From contig JAQGDQ010000031.1 in assembly GCA_030141605.1 (NCBI GenBank), positions 124,001 through 188,000 of the forward strand: a stretch of DNA of 64,000 nucleotides, read 5' to 3'. Position 1 is the first letter of the stretch. Every line of letters begins with the position of its first letter. The notes beneath the pieces were generated by a model. That model was not told the origin of the DNA. It worked only from the letters and a program-made list of their open reading frames with translations, and made no database searches. The translations under genes and the position numbers were made by a program. This document shows positions 51,698-63,232 of the stretch, in pieces. The DNA is from Tubiluchus corallicola. Lineage: Eukaryota; Animalia; Priapulida.

Positions 51698-54042
51698 GTA
51701 AGTCTAACGAAATTGGTCCTCTTTCTAAAGTAGCATTGCCTCTGTTCAGCGAAAAATGAATATGTGCTAGTCAGCGAAATATTTTGCAAGAAAATATCTA
51801 TTTGGAAGATTTTCGATGTTAGACCAAACAGCAATTTATATAAACACCGGTTCTACATCAATTTCTGTACTCTGTTATTGTTTAGCTACATAGAAAATAT
51901 ATTTTGTGGTATAAATATTTGACTTCTTTAGTAGCCGACTTAAGTGTTCCTAGTTTTTCGAATAACTTCGACTGTTCAGTTATCAGTTGCTTCGATAGCA
52001 CACATGATTTGAGAAGTGACACGATATCAATTTTTATCTTCCAACTGTTTTCCACCAAGGGCTCTTCTGTGTTATGGTCACCCAATTTTTGTTTAACTGA
52101 CTTCTCAACCAGCTTGTGAATGGACAGTATGACACAACGGCTGCTACTCTTTCCACATAAATCGTGTGAGTGCCATAGGCGCGTAAATATAGGCCGTTGT
52201 CAAACAAAAAAGCTGCCAGAAACGTTACAGCTTTTCGTATTATCAAGTCGCGATCTTTGAAAGCATGCTAAAAATTCGCGCAAAAGCATACAGAACCTTG
52301 GGAAATCAGTTACATGCTCTTCAACCAAAACAAGAAAACTTAAGGACATACAATAACTATTAATAACTTACAATCTAGGATGTAATGAAATAATATTTTT
52401 AAATCACTTATTCTATTATACCCTGGACGATAAAGTCTAATATAACTGCCTTTTACCTAAAGTCATCTATATAATCTAAAGAGAGATTGAGCAACATTGA
52501 AGTCGACTTGCAAAATTGCGCGAATTGACGAGATATTATTGAGAAACTGAAACGAAATTGGACGTTCCATTATTGGACTGTTCTGTTCCCATAGCAAATT
52601 AGTTTTGCCGTTAATGTGAAGAATAGCTGCCCAATGATATAAAGGGTTTTCAACGGACGGTTTATATGATTGTTTTAAAAGCAAATGTTTGGGGAGTTAT
52701 CCTGTCCTGGTAGAATAAACAAATCTTGTTTGGCCGTGCTACTTGCTAATAAAGAAAGACAAAATATAATTTTAGAAAAAAGCTAAAGAGACAGCTTATA
52801 AACTCTTATTTTTTATATACATAGATGGCACCACGTGCTTGGCATAGTGCAGCACCATTGCATGTGTCTGCTGTAACTATTACAAAAAAGGGTAGTATAC
52901 AGCTTAATTAGCCAAAATTGTGTAAAATTTTAAATAGGGGTTATACTTGCTTGGTTCTGATCAATCTGTTTAGTGTGATGGCTGCGAAAACGGCTGTTAA
53001 TAATTTATGCTGCATTTACGAGGCCTAAGTACCCAAACTTCCAGATGAACTTATTGACATAAACTTGATAACCCAAGAGACGCGTCTAATGATTTCTTGT
53101 GAGATTTTATTGTACTAAGAGTCCGTGCAGATGTGATGGTTCTTGGAAGACTCGTCTTGAGAGGAGAGGTTCGAAGAAACTATGACGGGTTATCGCAGAT
53201 AAGCTAGCTATAAATTATATCAACTCGTTCAAGTTGTGGATAAAAGACAAGTTTTGCGAGAAAACTGATAATTGTAAACACGCCTGCATACCAACTTTGA
53301 TTATGCCCAGTTTAATTATTTTGCCTACGGAATAATATTTATTTGTTAACCAAACTTATAGTTAATCTCTTCATTATTTTCAGCTTTGACTGAATGACAT
53401 TGTTGTTGGTAATTAAAACAGTGGGAAATCTCCAGTTTTCCAGGCCTCCACCGATTTAGTTGATACCTATGAATACGAGACATTACTGAATAAACAAGGT
53501 CATCCAGAAAAAAATTCCTTCGAACAAACTCGTATCCTTTCATCCTTGTGTAGAGGCGTTTGTAAAAGGGAGCCACACATCACCGTGTAGTTTGGTTTCC
53601 CTCTTTCCAAAGAGTTGTATATTTTTCCAAGCGTCCAACGAAGCGCCATTATGCCATTTTCTGTACACGGTGTTCCGGCAAGGGGTAAAAGCGGCCATTT
53701 TAGGAAGTTTTTCGCCCGATATTCCTAAAAGTACATGATGTACAAAAAACGGCGCTTAGTAGGTGTCTTGGAGAAAAATTATAGCTTTTCGGAAAGAAGA
53801 GTATCCGGACTACATGACGATGTAGGTCTCTTTTTCAAATGCTTCTACCAGAATGAAAGTCTACAGAGTTTAGAGAATGTTTTCTCTGGACGAACATAAA
53901 ATTGGGAACTGCGCGTGTTTTTTCAGAACAGTTTTCAACCGTGTTTTTAATTGTTCCACATGGCAAACCTGGTTTAAAGTCACATTATATGTAAATTTAT
54001 TGAATTTTCTTTTAGCAATTTTTCGTTTATTTGCCTTTGCAG

Positions 54043-54117
54043 TTTTTCCTCATGCTGATAGTTGTTCTAGTAGCAGAAATAGGAGGCGGCGTGTACGCTT
54101 ATCAGAATAAAGAGCAG
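54043..54117 (+). CDS. Tetraspanin exon 4 (TM3)
   Basis: ttgcag / CAG|gtaaga; FFLMLIVVLVAEIGGGVYAYQNKEQ, with the conserved TM3 Glu. Confidence 0.95.
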
Positions 54118-54538
54118 GTAAGAATTACAGGTAAAATTGCGCTCAGGTGCCCATAAGAATGAATTACGAGAATAGTTGGCAGTAATTGGTCTAGTTTGCA
54201 CCTGTGTTAACACGAACTTAACATCATCGTAAAGACTTTTGTATGCTCAATTAATAATTACCTTTAGAAATTGTGCTGAACAGTGTTGGGCACACTTGAT
54301 GTGTAGAGGGGAAAATTTTGTAAGTTATTAATGAGAATAAATTTAATGCTGTTGCTTCTATGTGGAGACTGTTATTAAAAGATATGATAAGTTGAGCTTA
54401 CTGTGGATGCCAGAATGATGCAGAACAAAGAAAGGTCAAAACTTGTCAGGATTTAACTGGGTTTTCTCAGTTTTGTGAAAAATAATTTGTTATTGAAAAT
54501 GTTGTTTTGTTGCTATTATTATTTCACTTTCTTCACAG

Positions 54539-54637
54539 GTGATGGACTTAGTAAAAGATATGATGAAGCAGACCATACAATATGAATACGACAAAAATAC
54601 AGCACAGACAAACTTTATTAACTGGATTCAAAAGAAG
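54539..54637 (+). CDS. Tetraspanin exon 5 (EC2 helices A/B)
   Basis: tcacag / AAG|gtgagt; VMDLVKDMMKQTIQYEYDKNTAQTNFINWIQKK. Confidence 0.93.
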
Positions 54638-55052
54638 GTGAGTGAACTCCTCATAATGGCTGTGTGCTGAAAGGATCTATGCACATCCGAATACTGCTAA
54701 AAAATTCTACCAATTCAGTTGAGCTCTTCTTAGATAATAAGCTAGATCCTGGTCTTACCACAAACATCAGCACTGAGTATGCCTTGCCGTTGAATCCTGA
54801 ATCTCACTTTCGATTGTTGTGAATTGTGTTTGTAAAAATGGCTGAAATTATTGATTTTTTCAAAACAAAGAGTTGAATCGTGCACTAACTGCAGTCACTT
54901 ACTGATTTTCTAATTGTTATATTGGTCTAAAATTTGGGTTAAAATCTAAACTCAAATTTAAAAGGTTTGCTTAAATATTTATTTTTATAAGCATGTCCAA
55001 TAAATGAAATCTGGGTTGAAGATGTCTTATTGACTTTTATTTGTCTTTTAAG

Positions 55053-55277
55053 TTGCGATGTTGTGGAAGTGAAGGACCAGAAGACTGGGCGTATTCCAAG
55101 TATGCTAATCCAGATCAGACAATGCCCGTGGAAATAGGAGTTGATGAGGAGATAACAAGAGAATTGACGAAAGTTCCACCATCTTGTTGCACTGTGAACG
55201 CTTTTGAAGAATTGAAGGATAAATGCGGATGGAATGAAAGTTATACTGGGATAGATAAACCTCAGATCTTTGACTCT
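55053..55277 (+). CDS. Tetraspanin exon 6 (EC2 variable region)
   Basis: ttttaag / TCT|gtaagt; LRCCGSEGPEDW...VPPSCC...KDKC...IFDS with CCG and PxSCC motifs; 6-Cys EC2 counting exon 7; NES N-glycosylation sequon. Confidence 0.95.
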
Positions 55278-55437
55278 GTAAGTCCATCGTCAATCTATAT
55301 AAAAATACAAAGAGGGTATAGGAATAGTCAAGTATGACAGAAAATGAAAAAATATGAAAAACAAGATTAAAACCATTGGATGGACAAACTCTAAACTTAT
55401 GTTTGAACTAGTGTAAAATCGAAAAAAAGCCATTGCT

Positions 55438-55558
<121 letters not shown>

Positions 55559-55623
55559 GGATTTTGACTAAAAGGAGTTAGGTATACTGTGTATTTTATA
55601 TGTATTTTCATTTTTTGACTCAG

Positions 55624-55707
55624 GGTTGTCATTCCAAACTTGGCAAAATGCTCAAGGAGAATTTAAACATCATAATTGGTATAGCAGTCGGAATAGCAAT
55701 TTTACAG
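55624..55707 (+). CDS. Tetraspanin exon 7 (GC motif, first half of TM4)
   Basis: ctcag / CAG|gtaaga; GCHSKLGKMLKENLNIIIGIAVGIAILQ. Confidence 0.95.
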
Positions 55708-55944
55708 GTAAGATATTTAATTGAATTTTTAACAAACTTTAATACAGTTTTGCTTGATTTAAGATTGCGAAATTTAAAAAAATTGGCGCATTCTATTTGC
55801 CTTTTTGCCTTTATTACTTAATTTTATATCAACTTATGCCTCGCCTTCCTAGTTTTTCTCGCATGATGTTAATTTTTTTAATTTACTCATATTTATTTTG
55901 CAATTATTTGACTAATTTATTTTTACCATTTATGTTTCGTATAG

Positions 55945-56016
55945 ATTTCTGCAATGGTTCTATCAATGGCACTTTGCTGTCTTGTAGGAAAGCAGGTCCA
56001 ATCTTGGGATTATTAA
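55945..56016 (+). CDS. Tetraspanin terminal exon 8a (274-aa isoform)
   Basis: gtatag acceptor after a T-rich tract; ISAMVLSMALCCLVGKQVQSWDY*; own AATAAA at 56203-56208. Confidence 0.8.
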   Translation: MSAMVLSMALCCLVGKQVQSWDY

Positions 56017-56294
56017 GGTCATCATAAATATCAGCTTTCCTGCCCATTATGCAAACCTGAATCACATTCAGCATGCTAGCATGTTAACAAATGGTTAACA
56101 TTTTTAAGCATAATCTTAACCATTAATCATAACCACATATTAACCATATTAAGAGCAAAGCTTTATTAACTAAAAAACACCAACATATATGTTGGAGTAG
56201 CTAATAAATTAGAATATTATTTAACAGAACTAACACCGATTTTGTTATATATTTTTGCATTGTTAACAAGCTCATAATAGCTGTTTTGCTGGGA

Positions 56295-56528
56295 TATATT
56301 GGGTGGAACAGTAAAAATGTCCTGAACTTTGGACTACAAAACATTAGAAGCGCGTACACTACAAAGTTGAAATATCACAGCATGATATTGCAATACATTA
56401 ACTTCTGGCTGTGAAAGTTACAAGTTTATAGTTTTAGTAGTTTTTAAGTTATGGTTACGTTATGGTTTTGTTTTCTCTTACAATATTTTAGTCAAAAGTT
56501 CAGCACATTTTTTGAGCCGCCTGATATA
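56295..56528. mobile_element. Tc1/mariner-like MITE between exons 8a and 8b
   Basis: About 40-bp TIR: tatattgggtggaacagtaaaaatgtcctgaactttggacta versus reverse complement tatatcaggcggctcaaaaaatgtgctgaacttttgacta; TA flanks. Confidence 0.8.
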
Positions 56529-56699
56529 ATAATTTTAATGTGTTATACATATATATATTGAAAACATGTGAAAACCCTGTATTTAGGTGGTCACCATCGA
56601 TCTAAAAACAGTTGGTTCTTTAGGTTTCTGTACATTTTTCCATGTAATACTTTTTTTCTTGAGTTGAATATAAATGTGATTACTTTTTCATTTTTCTAG

Positions 56700-56783
56700 A
56701 TTTTGGGGATGGTTTTCTCAATGGTACTATTCATCAGTTTATGTCGCCATGGTTACGAGCCAGCTCCGTTAGAAAAATACTAA
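56700..56783 (+). CDS. Tetraspanin alternative terminal exon 8b (278-aa isoform)
   Basis: ttttctag acceptor; ILGMVFSMVLFISLCRHGYEPAPLEKY*; candidate AATAAA at 57623, 58113 and 59394. Confidence 0.85.
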   Translation: MLGMVFSMVLFISLCRHGYEPAPLEKY

Positions 56784-57413
56784 ACATGATACGTGCTGCA
56801 CATGCATCGTGGATAGCTTTTGCAACTGAATTTGGTGCCAGGGATCAATTTTGGGCTATTAGTCTTACTGACGGATTAACAAGAAGGATTAGATTCCAAT
56901 GATGAATATTTAATGAGGATGCTTATCTGTGATTCAAGCAGGCAAGTGTGTCTGCGTGACGTAATATCAATAATTGTTTGTTTGAGTAAATATCTCATTA
57001 GCAGTTATACGTAATTCGTATTATTTTCTAGTCACATAAATAAGACGCTTAAGATCTCAATGAAACGAATGTGTGAAAACCTTGTGCATTTATCATTGCA
57101 GCCTGTAGATGGCAGCACTTTACAGTAAGTGTAACAATTACCCTGAGTATACAAGAACTCTCTGCTGATTATTGGCAAGCTTTGTATGTTAAAGTTTTGT
57201 ATCATAATAGTTCATTCTGTTCATAAACATTGTTCATAATCATTCATTGTATATTTCTACTTACCAATGGGTTAAACCTTGATGAGTTAATGGGAGAGAA
57301 ATAATCAGAAAATACCTTGTAAAAAGATTATGTAAGCTATGATAAATAGCGGCAGTGGACAACTTACAATGACCAGCAGTCTGTGGTGGTCTCCTAGGTA
57401 GTATTCCTCTGTC

Positions 57414-57578
57414 TGGTGGTCGTTTCTCTGGCAGTCTTTTGGCCTGTAGCCCTTTGTGGACAACTTTGATGATTTTTACAGCACCATCTGGTCCTCTTAT
57501 GCTCTTGGTCCAGTCAAACCGTTTCTGATGATGTTGTTTGGTCTGCCATCCTGTCACTAATAATCCAACTGACAGAGG
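57414..57578 (-). mobile_element. Relic of a BEL/Pao LTR-retrotransposon polyprotein C-terminus (DUF5641-like)
   Basis: PLSVGLLV..KQHHQKRFDW/TKSIRGPDGAVKIIKVVHKGLQAKRLPEK resembles LxVGDLVLIKDDxxPRxxW...GxDGxVRVVxVKTxxGxxxRPxxKL (consensus recalled, not searched). Confidence 0.5.
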
Positions 57579-60419
57579 TTACAACTGATATAGGACCTAT
57601 AGCCACACACATGCTATTATCGAATAAACGTGTTCTCTAAGCGTTTTGTATGAAAGAATTACTTTATATTATCGGAAAATTTCATGTTTTTCATCATCAT
57701 ACGCCCAAACATGTCTATTGTAGGACACTGGGCAGGCAGAATTCTAAAATAAATAAAACTGATTTCTGACAGTTTAATCTACTGTTTTTACGCAAGCGTA
57801 TAATCTGAAGCATCAATGAATATCTTTACTAGGCCATAAGACTTCTAATATCTGCTTTATAGGCCTTTCAGACCTTGGAACTCTGTATCTAAGCTCACTT
57901 AATTTAAAGTGTGGAGTAATTAAAATTCTTTGTCTTTAAATGATTGGCTGTTTTACCAAAATTTAACATGTTTACTTATTTGGTATTATGTGTATTAGTG
58001 AATTAGTATTTTGCTCTACTTAATTTCAAACAATATTCCTGTTAACACTATACGTCGTTCTTTAGACTATTATAGGTTTACTGTTAAACTCAGATAGCAA
58101 ATGTTAGCATTCAATAAATGTGTCACAAAGTTTAAATGAATTTTCATTACTTGTAAATACACCTAAATTGTTTTTGGGGCACCAGCACTATCTAATGTCT
58201 ATACATGAAGCACATATCTTCTTTATCTTGTTGTAAATTATTTTGTAGACAGTTTGGGGGGATTTTTTAAAGAAAAGATATAAAAGAGTGTAAAAATTAC
58301 TATATATATATATATATTAATAACTGTAGTACTGTAGCGGTTTAACAAGACGCATCCAAATTACTATAATTAAACAATTATAACACATGTCTTAAATAAT
58401 AATAATAATTGTTGCAAGTTAAGTTAGGGTTGAGTAAGCAACGTAGTTTTCTTTGCTTTTACCAGTTTTGAAGTTATTTTACCTTTCAATTATGTATTTT
58501 AGAAAGCAAAGTGGAATTTAATGTTGAAATAATTTATTACTTTTACTTGTTAAATGTAAATTAGATCTTATAGGCCTAATACATACAACCATCAGTCTCA
58601 CAAAGTCAAAGTAATACAGTTTTTGTAGACGCTCCGACTACATGTCAGTTAGTTTTATTCAAATGAGTGCAAGAGAGAGAAAAAAGTAAAAGAAACATTA
58701 GATATTGTTAGTAATTCTTTCTGGTCTTGTCAACAAGTTTTTGCTGTGCAGATATTGAAAATGAATCATGCGTAGTCAAAATCAATAATACGTAATAAAA
58801 ACGTTTGCAAAAAGTTTCGTCACTTCATAAGTTATTATTAAATCAGAATTACATTTTCATATTCAAAACATGTAAAAACTAAATTTTGTTGTTATCGTCT
58901 GTTCCTAACAATAAGTAAAGTTATAGCTATATACGAACGAATGTTCTTGTAGAGATTGTTGTAATGCCTGGTTACCAAAAATTTAAAGCTAGGTTGCTAA
59001 GAAAATTAACGCATTTTAGATCGCTTGTTTATGTAACATTGCCAGTTAGACATTTTCTGAGCCGTTTTAGGTGGAGCACAAATACCAAAGAGTATACTGG
59101 CTTTACTATAGTTGAATGTACAATATTATTCTCACTACTCGGTATAATTACTACTATAATTACTACATATAATTTTTACAATAAAGCATACGTCTTCATA
59201 GTTACTGTAAATTGTATATAACGACTCATTAGCAAGCTTAATTGGTTCGATTATATATAGGCACGGTTTGTCTATTTATGTATATATTTTAGACTTGTGG
59301 ATATCTTTTATTTGCTGTATAATAACGTCACTGTAGAGCAGTGTAATGTTTTATTTATTGTAATGATATCACGCTATTCATTTGTGTAATTTTAATAAAT
59401 ACTTAAGATTTTCAGTTTGTAAATTCAGCGTTATATCGTTGTGTATTGTATTGTCAAACACTTCAAGACAGAATCCAAACGCCTTTTTGCTAATTTGATG
59501 ATCACATGTGACTAGGTCTGTTTAGGACGTTTTCTCTGTGAAAGTTTACAATAGAGCTGCAAATTTACTTAAATTTAGCGCATTTTGGCTAGTCGATTCG
59601 ACCTGTTAGCGTCTAAATTACGAATTATTCACCCGAACTTCGACTTCGGAAAGACCTCCTGTTTAGCATTATTACTGTATAGACATGAAGTAATCGTTAT
59701 TCCAAGCTTGCATTCAAGTAGTTTCAATAATTACAACAAGGCAGTGGTGATACGTTAATTAGCCTATAGACAGTACGTCAGAAGTCAATGTACAACAGAG
59801 TGTGGAAGTCTACATTCACGTGTGTTTGTTCATTGAACCATGATTACATGCATTACCTACAAACAAATAAACAAGACAGATTTAATCAACAGTGAAAGAA
59901 ATGTCTACTAGTGACAAAATCCCCTTAGAAAGGAATACTGTGGCTCGAACGTACAAAACAAGTAACAATTAGATCATACAAGTTACAAATATAGTTATCA
60001 TTACAATGAAAAATAAAGTAGTATTGATAACTCTTTGCCTAATTGTATCTAGATGTTATTTAGACAATAATTGATTCCTAGTCTGCAAGGCTGATTCCAG
60101 AAAAGCTACAATAATCTTGCATAATTCTACATCTTGACTACTCATTAACAAGACAAATTTATCATTGTCGTTTTGTATGGACATTTATGTATACAATTGA
60201 AAAGCACGCTATAAGACGTATGTATTTCGTTAGGGGAAAATTCACTGTTTGCAATATATACTTTGTATAGGTCCTTTATAAACTACCTTTCTTATTAAGA
60301 GTAAAATTTATTATGAAAAAACTTATTCCTTTCCTTTTTTGCAAAGACTTTTGCTTAATGTGGTACAGATTATGCAAAACAAGGCATCATTGATAAATCT
60401 TTAGAGCTGATGTCAACAT

Positions 60420-60714
60420 AGCGCAATCTATTATCTTTCTTCGTACCATTTCCACTAACACATCCTTCTACCCTTCCTGTGTGATCTAACCTTTCTCCCA
60501 GTTCTTTTTTTGTTCACTCATTCATTTTTTTATCAGGTTCACATGACAGTGGGCTTATATAAGCCTTTGCTTCTCTAGCCCACTGCAGTACAATTATTCT
60601 TTTATGATAACGATAGTGTATGAAACATAACAATTTAATACAGTATGATGTAATAATTTTGATGTCACTGTGTGCTTTATATTGTACTGAATGTGATAAT
60701 AATAAATAAAAAAA
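60420..60714 (+). mobile_element. L2/CR1-type LINE or SINE 3' end
   Basis: Stem-loop cagtgggct-tatataagcctttgcttctct-agcccactg followed by aataaataaaaaaa; same ataagc..ttgctt motif as the 1813-2107 fragment. Confidence 0.5.
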
Positions 60715-61574
60715 GTTGTTTTCAACCTGCTTCTTTGCCCTCTATTTACAAAAGCAAATATTTATTTACTTATGATTGTTTTAATATCTCCTAACCGTCT
60801 TTGCAAACATTCACTGTTTACCTGTTATTTCACACCTGCACGCGGTGCACGTGTGTAGAACAGGTAAATGTCGGTCAGATGCCAACAATGGCTGAAGGCA
60901 AGGATTTCTTTGCTCTTAAAATTTGCTTCCTGTTCTTCTGGCCCACTGAGTAGACAATTCACTAATGTAAAGGAATTACTTGCAATCTTGTTAACTTTCT
61001 CCCTATTTTATCTATAGACCAATAATGCAATCATACGGCATAATCTGTAGCTTATATATACAAAGCAATTATTGTGCCCCAACAAACTTATTAATGTGGT
61101 TTTCAGTGTAATTGAGGCTTGCTTGCAGCGAATTATTGATTAGAAATACACCGCCTTGTCAAATTACACTAAATAATAATAGTGATTTGAGTGTTTATTA
61201 GTTTGTAGATGTCGAAAAACGAAAAAAGCGGTGAACACAAAACTTCAATCACAGATTTAGATGGATTTGGAGCTAAGAAAGTTGCAACATAGTACAGCAG
61301 TGACAATAGCTACAGCGAGGAGTAGCGGCAAGAGCAGTAGTTTTTGCAGCAACGAGCAGGCAGTATCAATAGCAACGCGTGTCAGCATGCCAACTTGCTT
61401 AGTGGAAAACAGAAATCGCAGTAACATTCGTAAGATTCGATCTTGAAACCTTTAGATCCGAATTCAACCATCTTCCAAATAAGTTAACCAACCCGGGTAA
61501 GCAGTAGTAGTTACTTCTGGCTTTTACAACATTAACTGCCTCTGAATTGTGATGGCGTTGTAGTTTTCAGTGAC

Positions 61575-61775
61575 AGCAGCAACAACAGCGGCCCCACTAC
61601 AAGCAACAAGACGCAGCAGTAGCAAGAAGCAGTAGCAGCAGCAGCAACATCACTACAAGCCAATCATCCAGCCAGCAGTCAGCCAGCTAGCCTGCCAGAC
61701 ACCCATCCAGCCAGCCAGCGAGCACCAGCAGCAACAAAAGTCAGCCAGCCAGCCGGCACCACCACTACCAACGTC
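61575..61775. repeat. (GCA)n / (CCAG)n low-complexity tract
   Basis: Read directly. Confidence 0.8.
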
Positions 61776-62094
61776 ACAAACAAGATTAAGACACAATGGT
61801 GCAAACAACATGTGAATTGAACAACAGCAACAGGAACCATTGCGATTTTGAATAAAATCGATAAGAATTTGCATCATGTAGATCCGGTGCCATTATTAGA
61901 TCCGGCCTATATCTCACTCGCTGGTACTCTACCTGGGCGCTCGTCATAATACCGGGTCACCACGCCCCCGGCTTCCAATTTAACCGTGTAAATTTTACTT
62001 GAGCACGTAGATACAACACCTGGTGCACAAGAACAGTTACTGCGCCACTGTGACTGTAACAGTTTATTGTTGTGTTGTGAAACAAAAGTTTAAG

Positions 62095-62101
62095 ATGAGA
62101 G
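62095..62101 (+). CDS. Putative first coding exon (MR-G) of a downstream secreted-protein gene
   Basis: aagATGAGAG|gtaaat; CCACGCCCCC and CCAAT boxes about 120-135 nt upstream; phase 1 matches the microexon at 62743. Confidence 0.35.
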
Positions 62102-62742
62102 GTAAATTTTCTTTAATTTTTAACGAATATTCAATGCATTAACTATGAGATCTTGTAATTTTTTGCACTGCTCAAAACGAGAGATAATCAAAGACAGCTT
62201 TTTTATTCAAGTAATGTCAAAATTTAAAGAACAGTTGGCGTCATAGAACAATATATTGGGTTTGTCTCTGTGTTTTTTCCTTTTCTATTTAATGTACATC
62301 TTATAAATGCTCGGTTAATTTATTATCAATATGAGTACAAAAGTAAAATATGGCACTACACCATATTATTTACTGAGATGTTGTGACACGAATTAACTGC
62401 TAGTGCAATTATGATATACAAGAAAGAATCTCATATTACAAAACTTATTTAAAATTTCACTTTTTTGAGTATTTCATGAGAACGACACACAATAAAATAA
62501 AAAACAAGAAATTTCTATCTTAAGTTTACTTTATCTATATTTAAAAAAGTTGGTTTTTAACTAAATTTTTCAGGTTTTGTTATCGTGTTGACTGTCTATA
62601 AAATTCCCGAATAATATTTTAATTTAGTAGCTGAGCATTTCTGTAGTAAACAACGATGTATACGCGACAAAATAAAAAGATTTTTCATCCTTAAAATTAG
62701 TTTGTTTAAAATGAAAGGTTAATTTTCGTTTACGTTTTTCAG

Positions 62743-62762
62743 GTTTTCTCATCCTGTTATCG
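62743..62762 (+). CDS. Putative 20-nt microexon encoding a signal-peptide core (GFLILLS)
   Basis: tttttcag / TCG|gtatgt; joined to 62095-62101 gives MRGFLILLS. Confidence 0.35.
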
Positions 62763-63066
62763 GTATGTATAATTTACAATTTTTGATAATTATAAGTCAC
62801 TTAATTGATACTATTTCTCATATTGCATGGTGCTTAATCTTACTTATACGCAAAAGGAAGCGTAGGCTTAGCTAACTCTAACACGCAGCTTAACGAAATT
62901 ATGCATAAAAGTAATGTGGTCGTGACTGCTTTTGCATGGAACGCAGCTAACATTAGAAATTTCAGTCAAAACTTATGCATTAAGTGGTCTAACATCAATC
63001 CATCTAATCGACTGAAAACAGCGTATTTGCTACGAAAACACATATCTATGTAATACCAATGACATG

Positions 63067-63232
63067 AGTGGGGTTTACGTAGCATTCGGAATGCGTAAGG
63101 GGGTGCGGAATAGATAAAATCGGTTTATATTGTTTTCAATGCACCTGCGTTATGCGTTATTTTTTATGCAGCTATTCCGCAGGTGGAAAACTCACAACGC
63201 ATACGCATTCCGACTACTAGGTAAACGCCACT
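63067..63232. mobile_element. 166-bp hairpin MITE (possibly Harbinger-like)
   Basis: 31-bp TIR agtggggtttacgtagcattcggaatgcgta versus reverse complement agtggcgtttacctagtagtcggaatgcgta; inner gcggaatag/ctattccgc pair. Confidence 0.85.

Noticed and set aside
53400-53960. GC-richer block with tacacggtgttcc / caccgtgta mariner-like ends
   Set aside because: Probably transposon-derived, but the ends face outward and I could not define boundaries or a transposase frame.
58132-59286. Three Pumilio elements (TGTAHATA) in the putative long 3'UTR
   Set aside because: Close to chance expectation in sequence this AT-rich, and the UTR end is unproven.
61261-61877. Ser/Ala/Gln-rich ORFs
   Set aside because: Low-complexity GCA/CCAG repeats with frequent stops and no splice structure.
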